A stretch of 64,000 nucleotides of DNA, from positions 44,936 to 108,935 of the forward strand of contig JBBRNJ010000021.1 in the NCBI GenBank assembly GCA_038230375.1, given 5' to 3'. The DNA comes from Polyangiales bacterium. Its GTDB lineage: Bacteria > Myxococcota_A > Polyangia > Polyangiales > Polyangiaceae. Both the position numbers and the translations under genes were made by a program. This document shows positions 28,602 through 36,832 of this stretch, piece by piece (the first letter of the stretch is position 1; every line of letters begins with the position of its first letter). The notes under the pieces were generated by a model, which was not told the DNA's origin, did no database searches, and saw nothing but the letters and a program-made list of their open reading frames with translations.

Positions 28602-30469
28602 AGCCGCGCGTGTGGCACGGCGCGGTTGCGCTGGCCGCGCTCGTGAGCGTGTTCGTGGTCCGGGGTCTCGCCGCTCCCGCTGCGCCCTCGCAGATCGATT
28701 GGCCCGCGGGCCAGGAGATCACTTATACGCTGGAATGGAAGACCAGCACGCAGACCACGGCCCTCACTGCAGTCGCAGCCGACGTGAGCGACGGACAGGG
28801 CGCCCTGAAGACAGGCGTGGACGTGGGCGGCGACCTGGTCCTTCACTCTTACGGCAAGAAGGGCGACGACTTTCTCGTGACGGCGCGCTTCGCGAACCTT
28901 TCGCGCGCGAGCGTCACCGCGTTCGATCAAGCGCTCATCCCGAGCCTCGGCGACGCGCGCGCGGAGCTCGAAGGTCACGAAGCGCAGCTCGTGGTGAAGC
29001 CAGACGGTCGCATCATGGACGTGAAGTTCGCGGCGAAGGATCCGGCGCTCTTTCGCTATCTGATGCAAGGTGTGCTGACCGAGCTCTCCGTCTCGATGAA
29101 GCCGGGGAACCCGCCCACGGTGGAAGAGAAGTGGACCGCGGATCTCGAAGGGCCGAGCGGCCGTGGCCCGGCGACGTTCTCGCGCGACGCGCAGGATCCG
29201 TTCACGTTCTCGCGCACGCGCGAGCGGTACGATGCGATCGCCGCATGGCCGGGCTCGCCGGACCTTCAGCAGTCGCTCACGAGCAAGGGCTCCTTCAAGG
29301 TCGGTCGAAGCGGGGGGCTCGAGCGCGTCTCGGACGAAGAGTCACTCGAAGCGGCGCGTGCCGGCGCGCAAAAGGACGTGGTGTCGCGTACGTCGTTCAC
29401 GCTCGAGAAGAAGTCCGCCGCGATGCTCGACCCGACGGCGGCGGTGCCCGTGCTCGCGGACCCCGTGAGCGGCGCCGCGCCCGAGACCGAGGATGAAGCC
29501 GCGCGAGAGCGTCGCCTTTCGGCGCGCACAGAAGGCGTGACCGTCGACACGATCCTGGACGAGGTGAAGATCCACGCGCTGGTGCCCAAGGGAAAGAGCG
29601 GCCGCTGGGCGTGGATCGCGAAGGGGTACTTCGAGCTCCATCCCGAGAAGACCGCGGAGCTCGTGGACAAGATGCGCGGGCTCGATCAACTAGCGAAGGG
29701 CTACGTGATCGACCTGCTCGTGGCGACCGCCCATCCCACCGCGCAGGCGGAGCTCGTGCGCGCGTTCAGGGACGAGATCATTCCGCCGGGCCGCGAGTAC
29801 GCGCTCCTCGTGCAGCGGGTCGGTCACCTCAAGACCCCGACGAAGGAAACTGGCCAGTTCTTCGCGCAGAGATACGCGACGGCGAAGGCGCAGAACGACA
29901 TCCCCGCCCGTCGGGCGACGGCGATCACGGTCGGCGCGCTCGCCTATCACATTGCCGATCGCGATCGCGAGGAGGCGCGCGCGCTCGCAGATCCCCTCGT
30001 ACTGGATCTGCTCGCGGCGAAAGAGCCGAAGGACCGCGAGCTCTTGATCCTTGCGGTGGGCAATGACTCACTCGCGGAGGACGCGCGCGTGCTCCGCTTG
30101 CAGGCGCATGACGAGGTGGCGCCAGTGCGTCGCGCCGTTGCGTCAGCGCTTCGACGGATCGACGACGCAGACGTGCGGACCACGCTCATCGAGATGATGT
30201 CGGATCCCGACGAGTCGGTCGAGGAGATGGCCATTTCTTCGCTCGATCGCCGAGCCCTCAGCCGGAACGACATCGCGGCCATGACCGATCAGGTTCGATC
30301 CGGGAAGACACACGACCAGGCCATGGCGCCGCTCGTCAGCATCCTCACCACACGTCGCGAGAACGCGCCGCCCGAGGTCGTCGATCTCCTGAACGCGATC
30401 GCCGAGCGGCCCGGGACCTCTCCCGACGCACGCCAGCGCGCGCTCCGGCTGCGCAACGGTGAGCACTGA
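28598..30469 (+). CDS. Secreted protein with vitellogenin/MTP N-terminal-like beta-barrel and HEAT-like helical domain
   Basis: Signal/TM, about 270 aa of beta-strands, then helical repeats (VRRAVASALRRI); ATGA overlap with the upstream gene. Fold call by recalled motif similarity only. Confidence 0.75.
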   Translation: MKPRVWHGAVALAALVSVFVVRGLAAPAAPSQIDWPAGQEITYTLEWKTSTQTTALTAVAADVSDGQGALKTGVDVGGDLVLHSYGKKGDDFLVTARFANLSRASVTAFDQALIPSLGDARAELEGHEAQLVVKPDGRIMDVKFAAKDPALFRYLMQGVLTELSVSMKPGNPPTVEEKWTADLEGPSGRGPATFSRDAQDPFTFSRTRERYDAIAAWPGSPDLQQSLTSKGSFKVGRSGGLERVSDEESLEAARAGAQKDVVSRTSFTLEKKSAAMLDPTAAVPVLADPVSGAAPETEDEAARERRLSARTEGVTVDTILDEVKIHALVPKGKSGRWAWIAKGYFELHPEKTAELVDKMRGLDQLAKGYVIDLLVATAHPTAQAELVRAFRDEIIPPGREYALLVQRVGHLKTPTKETGQFFAQRYATAKAQNDIPARRATAITVGALAYHIADRDREEARALADPLVLDLLAAKEPKDRELLILAVGNDSLAEDARVLRLQAHDEVAPVRRAVASALRRIDDADVRTTLIEMMSDPDESVEEMAISSLDRRALSRNDIAAMTDQVRSGKTHDQAMAPLVSILTTRRENAPPEVVDLLNAIAERPGTSPDARQRALRLRNGEH

Positions 30470-30566
30470 CGTCGCAATGCGAGGCTTTTTCGGCCGATCC
30501 GTGGACCCCCCGCGTCCTCTCCGCAAGTGCAGTGCATTGAGCCAGGATTCCCGCTAAGCCGGAGCC

Positions 30567-30941
30567 ATGACGTGGTCCAGCGCCTCGCCCATGCGGTGGG
30601 CTTGCATGCAGTGCGGTGCTCGACAGACCGGCCCTGGCGCGTGCGGCGCATGCAGTGACGACCCCGTGCTCGATCTCCACGATCCCAACGTGCGCAGCAT
30701 GCTCGTGGAAGACGACCAGACGCGCCTGTCTCGGCGAAACGATCGCGTGCGCGTCGCTTCCGTCCCCGTCAGCATGGTCGTGATCGGCGGAATTCTCGGG
30801 GCGGGCGTGAGCGCGTACTTCCCGGCTGGCCCGTTCGGCGCGTACTGGATTGGTTCGATGATCGCGTTTGCGCTCGGCCTCATGAAGCTGGTCGACATCG
30901 TGAGTCCATTCAAGCCAAAGTTCGCCGACCTGAAAGACTGA
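30567..30941 (+). CDS. Small membrane protein with N-terminal zinc-ribbon-like CxxC pairs
   Basis: CMQC..CGAC followed by two hydrophobic segments; the start may be 30591. Confidence 0.65.
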   Translation: MTWSSASPMRWACMQCGARQTGPGACGACSDDPVLDLHDPNVRSMLVEDDQTRLSRRNDRVRVASVPVSMVVIGGILGAGVSAYFPAGPFGAYWIGSMIAFALGLMKLVDIVSPFKPKFADLKD

Positions 30942-31074
30942 GCCGGTCCCGTTGCCTCCCCTGGGAGCATCAGAACGGAATCAGCGCTTTCGTCCATGCT
31001 GCCGGCGCCGGGATCGTTCCATTCGGGAACCCCGCTGCGAAGAGGCTCCGTCGCAGATAGGCGATCAACGTTCG

Positions 31075-31535
31075 TCGCTGTGACCCGCTCTCGTAGACAC
31101 CTGCGAACCGCGCGCGAGTGCGGTAAACCGAGGGTCTGTCGGAGAAGGACGAGCTCGAGCAGCTACGGAAAGATTGATCCGATCGCGAAGAACGTGCTGG
31201 CTCGCGACCGCACGTGCACGAGGCCGAACGAGACGTGGGTCGGCGACATCACGTACGTGTGGACGCGTGAGGGTTGGCTCTACCTCGCGGTGCTCATCGA
31301 TCTCTTTTTCGCGCCGCGTCGTCGGGTGGTCGATGGGCGAGACGCTTGCGACGGAGTTGCCGCCGCGCGCGCTCACGATGGCGCTCGACACGCGACGGCC
31401 GCCTCCATCGTGCCTGGACTGCGTCGTCACGACAAAGCGACGACGCTGCTTGCCGCGCAAATCACGCTCCTTCATGAGTCGGGCGACACGCTTGCGGCTC
31501 ACGTGCTCGCTCGCGTCGCGCAGGTTGTTGTGGGT
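31075..31535. mobile_element. Degraded, internally rearranged IS3-family remnant
   Basis: IR-like TGACCCGCTCTCGTAGACAC (31081-31100). Plus strand: orfA-like ELEQLRK, then PNETWVGDITYVWTREGWLYLAVLIDLF, a frameshift, then SRRVVGW. Minus strand 31406-31532: VSRKRVARLM..RRRFVVTTQSRHD. Confidence 0.85.
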
Positions 31536-31714
31536 CGCCGATGGTACCACCGCAGGACCGTACTGGTTTCGAGGGCAATGCGTCCGCCGCGACCAAGCCA
31601 ACTTGGACGAGGGCTGTCGCAAGATCCGACGATGGCAGCATGCGGGACTACGGACACGCTCCGTCTCGCAGAGCTGACCCGCCGCTCGCCCGCGCGGCGG
31701 ACGTTGGATCGCTC

Positions 31715-32179
31715 TCAGTCCTCTCTCTTGTGTCCGAGCGCGATCACGCCGCCAAGGTCCGCTCTCAGCCGTTCGACGAACTGAGCGCCAAGGGCGGCGC
31801 GGAACTCTTTCTGTGCCTTCTCCCACAGCGGGAGGGCCGCTTCGATCGTGCGCTCTCCAGCGCGGCTCAAGAGGACCACGCGTGCCCTTGCGTCGTGCGG
31901 CGAGCGCGCAACCCTGACGAGGCCGGCCTTCTCGATGGGCTTGAGGTTCCTCGTGAGCGTCGTTCGATCCATCACCAGCGCGCGCGCGAGATCGCCCATG
32001 GTGGCGCCGTTGTCGCCGAAGTGAGCGACCGCGACCAGCACCGACAGCTGCGACTCCTGAAGCCCGGTGACGCGGATCTGGGTGTCGTAGATCTTCGTAA
32101 GAACGCGCGACGCCTGGCGGATACGGCTGCACGCACATTCCTGAGCGATCTTTCGTGCCGCGCGCACATGGTTGTCCAT
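31715..32179 (-). CDS. MarR family transcriptional regulator
   Basis: CACSRIRQASRVLTKIYD, MDRTTLTRNLKP, DARARVVLLS. Confidence 0.93.
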   Translation of the reverse strand: MDNHVRAARKIAQECACSRIRQASRVLTKIYDTQIRVTGLQESQLSVLVAVAHFGDNGATMGDLARALVMDRTTLTRNLKPIEKAGLVRVARSPHDARARVVLLSRAGERTIEAALPLWEKAQKEFRAALGAQFVERLRADLGGVIALGHKRED

Positions 32180-32184
32180 GCATC

Positions 32185-32275
32185 CGTGTATATGCACGCC
32201 ACGGGCTTCTGTCCAACCCGGAGGGTCTCCAAAGGAGTGCGTGGCCTTGACAACACGAATGGGTGTATCTACACC
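32185..32275. promoter_or_regulatory. Two related palindromic operators (likely MarR boxes) and a TTGACA -35
   Basis: CGTGTATATGCACG (32185-32198), GGTGTATCTACACC (32262-32275), TTGACA (32247-32252), all between divergent genes. Confidence 0.7.
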
Positions 32276-32313
32276 TAAATGACTTGGCGTTTCGTTTCCC
32301 AGGAGAAGAAGTC

Positions 32314-34134
32314 ATGCGTAACGGCTCCCGTTGGGCGCTTGTGTGGGCGCTCGCGTGCCTCATCGGAACGGCGTCCTGCGCGAGCCTTCCGCCGCCGCGC
32401 CAGGCTTCGTTCACGCAGCAGCGTGATGTGGAGGCCTACCTGGCGGTCGCTGCGTACCCCAACGCCGAGACCATCACGATCCTCGCGGCCATGAGCCAGC
32501 TCATGGCGTCGCACCGTGAGTGGGAGGGCTACGAATACTTCGGTAGGCTCGCGAACGAGCAGCCGACGCGTCGAGGATTCTTTCGGTCCTTGCAGGGCAT
32601 CATGCAGGCGCGGGTCGCCGGGGACGTTTCGCTCCTCTCGCGCGTCGCATGGGTCGAGGACGCGATCTCCAAGCTCGACGAAGGCGTGAAGGCCGATCCC
32701 ACGCTCGGTCGCTTCGGTCGCGGGCTCGTGTTCGCGGACCTGCCCGCTCGCTTCAAGAAGGCAAACCAGGCGATCGAAGATCTCGAATGGTGTCTCGCAC
32801 ACGGCGCGGAGCTCCCTGGCCATTTCGAGCGCGGCATCCTTCGTGGCCTCGCCGCCGCGTACCACACGCTGGGCGACGAGCCACGCTCGCGCGAGATGCT
32901 TGCCCGGTCGGGGTTCGCGAGCCTCGAGGGCTCGACCGTCCCGCGCGTGCTCGGAAATCAGTCGTTCGATCCGGCGACCGGCTACCGGTACAGCGAGAAG
33001 CGCTTTGTCCGCGAGGCCGAGGGCGTCTACCTTGCCGAGGGCTACGATTTCGCGACGCTGTCGTTCATCGTCACCGAAGGATTCGTCGTGGCCATCGACG
33101 CCGGAACGAGCCCGGAGACGGCACGCGAAGCGGTCGATGCGCTGCGCAGAGTGACCAAGGCTCCCATCAAGTACGTGATCCTGAGTCACGCGCACTGGGA
33201 TCACATCGGAGGGCTCTCGGCCATTCGCGAGCCGGGAACGATCGTGATCGCGCAAGCCGGCTTTCCGAAGGAACTCGCTCGGTCACGCGTCTACCAGCCG
33301 CCGTTCTTCGGCTCTTCCACGGTCGCGCTGGATGTCACGCCGGACCGCCTGGTCTCCGCGCCCGAGACGCTGCGTGATGGCGACCTCGAGCTCGATCTCA
33401 TCCCGGTCCGCGGCGGCGAGACCGATGACGCGCTCTTCGTTCACGACAGGAGACACGATCTGCTCTTCGTCGCGGATGCGTTCATGCCTTACATCGGAGA
33501 TCCGTTCGTCGGCAGTGGCTCGCCCGAGGGCTACATCGAGGCCATGGACAAGGCGATCGAGCTCCATCCGCGTCGGCTGATTCACGGACACGTCCCGCTC
33601 ACCGCGTTCTTCACGATGGAGGCGATGCCGGGGCTTCGGGCGTCTCTCGGTGCCCTCTACGACCGCACGCTCCACTCGGCGCGCACGGCGCGGCCGCTTG
33701 CCGAGGCGTTGCACGACAACTTTCTCCCCGAGGAGCTTCGTGCGGCGCCGAAGGCGGTCACCCCCTACCTTGTCACGCGCGACCTGTTCATCCAGCGCGT
33801 CTATGCGAGGGAGGCTGGCTACTGGCAATCGAACAGCACTGGAATGGACCACTTCACGAACGGCGAATGGGCAGCCGCGCTCGACGTCCTTGCGAGCGAG
33901 ACCGACGCGGCGTTCATCCGCGCCGTGGACGAGCTCAACGCTCGCGGCGACGCCGTGCTCGCCCTGCGCATCGCCGACCTGGGCCTCGTTCGCTACCCCA
34001 CCAGCGCCGAGCTCCTCGCGCGCCGGGAACGCACGCTCACGAACCTTCTGGAGCGAAGCGCCGACATCAATCCGTTCCGCTTCATCATCTACTCGGGAAT
34101 GGACGGCAGAAGTCTCGCGCCGGTCAGTCGATGA
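32314..34134 (+). CDS. Lipoprotein MBL-fold metallo-hydrolase with helical N-terminal domain
   Basis: Lipobox TASC; SHAHWDHIGG (HxHxDH), GGETDD, IHGH; AGGAG RBS. Confidence 0.88.
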   Translation: MRNGSRWALVWALACLIGTASCASLPPPRQASFTQQRDVEAYLAVAAYPNAETITILAAMSQLMASHREWEGYEYFGRLANEQPTRRGFFRSLQGIMQARVAGDVSLLSRVAWVEDAISKLDEGVKADPTLGRFGRGLVFADLPARFKKANQAIEDLEWCLAHGAELPGHFERGILRGLAAAYHTLGDEPRSREMLARSGFASLEGSTVPRVLGNQSFDPATGYRYSEKRFVREAEGVYLAEGYDFATLSFIVTEGFVVAIDAGTSPETAREAVDALRRVTKAPIKYVILSHAHWDHIGGLSAIREPGTIVIAQAGFPKELARSRVYQPPFFGSSTVALDVTPDRLVSAPETLRDGDLELDLIPVRGGETDDALFVHDRRHDLLFVADAFMPYIGDPFVGSGSPEGYIEAMDKAIELHPRRLIHGHVPLTAFFTMEAMPGLRASLGALYDRTLHSARTARPLAEALHDNFLPEELRAAPKAVTPYLVTRDLFIQRVYAREAGYWQSNSTGMDHFTNGEWAAALDVLASETDAAFIRAVDELNARGDAVLALRIADLGLVRYPTSAELLARRERTLTNLLERSADINPFRFIIYSGMDGRSLAPVSR

Positions 34135-34153
34135 GCGCTCCGCTCGCGGTCCC

Positions 34154-35296
34154 TCAGCGCGGTGGGAACGCCGCGTTGATGGCGGCGATCAGCGGCACGT
34201 CGCCGGCGCTGGTCGCGAGCGACTGCTGTTGCTCCAGGTGGATGAAGCGGCCGTACGTATTTCCTTGCATGGTGCACGCATCCGACGAGCCCGCATTGGC
34301 GCGCGCCTGCACGTTCTCCGTGCCGCACAGGCTGCACGCGCCCGTCGGAAAACCGGCGCCGCAGCGGCCCACGGTGATGCCCGCCGCCTCCATGGCCTTG
34401 CCGAACGTGAACACCGGGCCGGACGTGGGGAACGTTCCCGAACAGTCGCTGAGGAGAGCAGTGGGGCAGGTCTCGCCGTTGCTGTGCAGCTGCAGGAAGG
34501 GCGCCGTGGTGGCCGCCGAGACGGCGACGTGCACACCGTGGAATGGCGTCTTCGAGGAGTGCGCCGCGTCCGACTCCTTGTATGGGCTCTGCTTACCCGG
34601 GGAGCACACCGCCGTGGTTCCGTCACAGCCGGAGACCGTGGGGTTCGCGCAACGATGCGAGCCGGCGATCAAGTACCACTCGGCGCGCGTGGCCGTGAAC
34701 ACGCGCGCGGACTCCACGTCCGTGTCGGGGTCCGCCACAGGATGCGCCGACTCGATCGCAAGCTGGCGCGTTCCGGGGCCGGGCTTGCGCGCGGCGTAGG
34801 CTCCCCAGTAGAGCGACGGCTTCGCGGTCCCGTACTTGTCCAGCTCGCCGACGACGCGTACCTCGTCGGGGCCGTCGACCATGGACATGACGATGTACGA
34901 AGGCGGAAGCGGGCAGGGGTCGTTGCCGTCGAACTTGAGCGCGACGAGCACCTGCGCGGCGAACTTGTCGCGGTCGGCAATGGAGGGAAGGTTGACGGTG
35001 GGCTGGGAGCCGGTCCCTGCATCCTGCATGTGTTTCGCGATGTCGTAGACCAGGTTCGACATGAGCTTTGCGTAGGGTTGCGCGGGGCAAGCAGTGCGCG
35101 CCTGGGAGCCGTCGAGCCCCGTCGACCCGCCGCCACCGCCGTCCTTCGAGCTGGACGTACCGCCGGCATCGGAATGTTGCTGCGCGGGTGCGTATGTCCC
35201 ATTCGAGGAGCCCGAGCTACCACACGCCGCTACTGCGCCGAGCGGAGCGGTGGCGACCACGATCGCGACGAAAAATCTCCTGGTTCCCCGGTTCAT
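34154..35296 (-). CDS. Hypothetical Cys-rich lipoprotein, possible metallohydrolase
   Basis: Lipobox VAAC; SAHPVAD, GSHRC, SDAAH, FLQLH motifs. Confidence 0.7.
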   Translation of the reverse strand: MNRGTRRFFVAIVVATAPLGAVAACGSSGSSNGTYAPAQQHSDAGGTSSSKDGGGGGSTGLDGSQARTACPAQPYAKLMSNLVYDIAKHMQDAGTGSQPTVNLPSIADRDKFAAQVLVALKFDGNDPCPLPPSYIVMSMVDGPDEVRVVGELDKYGTAKPSLYWGAYAARKPGPGTRQLAIESAHPVADPDTDVESARVFTATRAEWYLIAGSHRCANPTVSGCDGTTAVCSPGKQSPYKESDAAHSSKTPFHGVHVAVSAATTAPFLQLHSNGETCPTALLSDCSGTFPTSGPVFTFGKAMEAAGITVGRCGAGFPTGACSLCGTENVQARANAGSSDACTMQGNTYGRFIHLEQQQSLATSAGDVPLIAAINAAFPPR

Positions 35297-35349
35297 GCCA
35301 CCCAAATGTCCGCTCACACGCGCTTTGATCGCGCCTACCATCGTGGGCG

Positions 35350-36678
35350 ATGAAACTGCTCACGTGTACGTCGCTCGCTCTCCTCTCCATGCTCGCTGCT
35401 GCTTGCGACAAGCCCGCCCCCGACGTGAAGGCGGCTCCCAGCTCCAGCACGGGCACGACCGCCGTCGTGAGCTCGCCCGACCCCGCGGGAAAGAAGGAAC
35501 CCATGACGAACGTCCCCATGCCCGACAAGTCCGACGCCGCGCGCGCCGCCGCGAGCAGCAACACGTTCGGGCTCGCGCTCTACGGAAACCTCGCGAAGAA
35601 GCCGGGCAACCTGGCCATGTCGCCGCTCAGCATCACCACTGCGCTCGCCATGACGTGGGTCGGCGCCAGGGGCGACACCGAGAAGGAGATGCGAAACGTG
35701 CTTCATTTCTCGGGTGACGGTGATGCCGCCGCGCTCGGGAAGCTGTCCATGGCGCTCACCTCGCCAGGTCGCCCGCTCACGCTCACCATCGCGAACCGGC
35801 TCTTCGGCGAGAAGTCATTCACGTTCCAGCAGCCGTTCCTGGACAGCACGAAGGCAACATTCGGTGCCCCGCTCGAGCCCGCGGACTTCAAGGGCGCGAC
35901 GGATGCATCGCGTCTGCACATCAACGCGTGGGTGGAGGAGAAGACGGAGCATCGCATCAAGGATCTCCTCCCGCCGAAGTCGATCACCGAGGACACGCGC
36001 ATGGTCCTTGTCAACGCGATCTACTTCCTGGCGGACTGGCAGACGCCGTTCAAGAAGGAGGCGACCTACCCGGAGGCGTTCAAGGTCGCCGGCGGCGCCG
36101 AGAAGAAGGTGCCCACGATGCACCAGGGTAGACCCTGCGCCTTGGTGCAGGCGGACGGCGCCAAGATCCTCTCGCTTCCGTACAAGGACACCGACACCGC
36201 GATGCTGATCGCATTGCCGGATGCGCCTGACGGAATCTCCGCGCTCGAGGCGAAGCTCACCGGCGCGAAGATGGATGAGTGGCAGAAGGCGCTCGCCACC
36301 GCGCAGCTATCGCAGGTCGACATTGCGCTGCCGTCGTTCAAGATCGAACCGGGCGCGCCCGTCACGCTCTCCGATCCGCTGAAGGCGATGGGCATGCCGC
36401 TCTCGTTCGACGTGGAGAAGGCGGACTTCACGGGCATTGGCATCCCGCCGAACCCGCGCAATCGGCTCTACATCGCGGAGATCTTCCACAAGGCATTCGT
36501 GAAGGTCGACGAGAAGGGGACCGAGGCCGCCGCCGCCACCGCCGTGGTCATGGCAGAGGGCGGAGGCATGCCGCCCAAGGCCGTGCCGTTCAAGGCCGAT
36601 CACCCGTTCCTCTTCTTCGTCGTGAACAAGAGCTCCGGCGCGGTGCTCTTCATGGGCCGCGTCTCCGACCCATCCTAG
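35350..36678 (+). CDS. Serpin (serine protease inhibitor), lipoprotein
   Basis: Lipobox AAAC; NLAMSPLSI, INAWV, LVNAIYF..W, VDEKGTEAAAAT hinge, FKADHPFLF, LFMGRV. Confidence 0.97.
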   Translation: MKLLTCTSLALLSMLAAACDKPAPDVKAAPSSSTGTTAVVSSPDPAGKKEPMTNVPMPDKSDAARAAASSNTFGLALYGNLAKKPGNLAMSPLSITTALAMTWVGARGDTEKEMRNVLHFSGDGDAAALGKLSMALTSPGRPLTLTIANRLFGEKSFTFQQPFLDSTKATFGAPLEPADFKGATDASRLHINAWVEEKTEHRIKDLLPPKSITEDTRMVLVNAIYFLADWQTPFKKEATYPEAFKVAGGAEKKVPTMHQGRPCALVQADGAKILSLPYKDTDTAMLIALPDAPDGISALEAKLTGAKMDEWQKALATAQLSQVDIALPSFKIEPGAPVTLSDPLKAMGMPLSFDVEKADFTGIGIPPNPRNRLYIAEIFHKAFVKVDEKGTEAAAATAVVMAEGGGMPPKAVPFKADHPFLFFVVNKSSGAVLFMGRVSDPS

Positions 36679-36832
36679 GAGCCTGGCGTTTTCCGCCGAT
36701 CCCTGCGCGATGGCTGCGTTTTGCCCTGCGGTGCGTGCTCACGACCAAGAGGTCGTTCCGCGCGCTCCTCGGGCGAAAACGCACCCATCGCTTGGTCTCG
36801 ACGGAAACCACCGACGGCTCCTCGCGCAACGA

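Noticed and set aside
31065..32414. 449-aa minus-strand ORF as a transposase
   Set aside because: Only about 45 residues are IS3-like; the rest is off-frame over marR.
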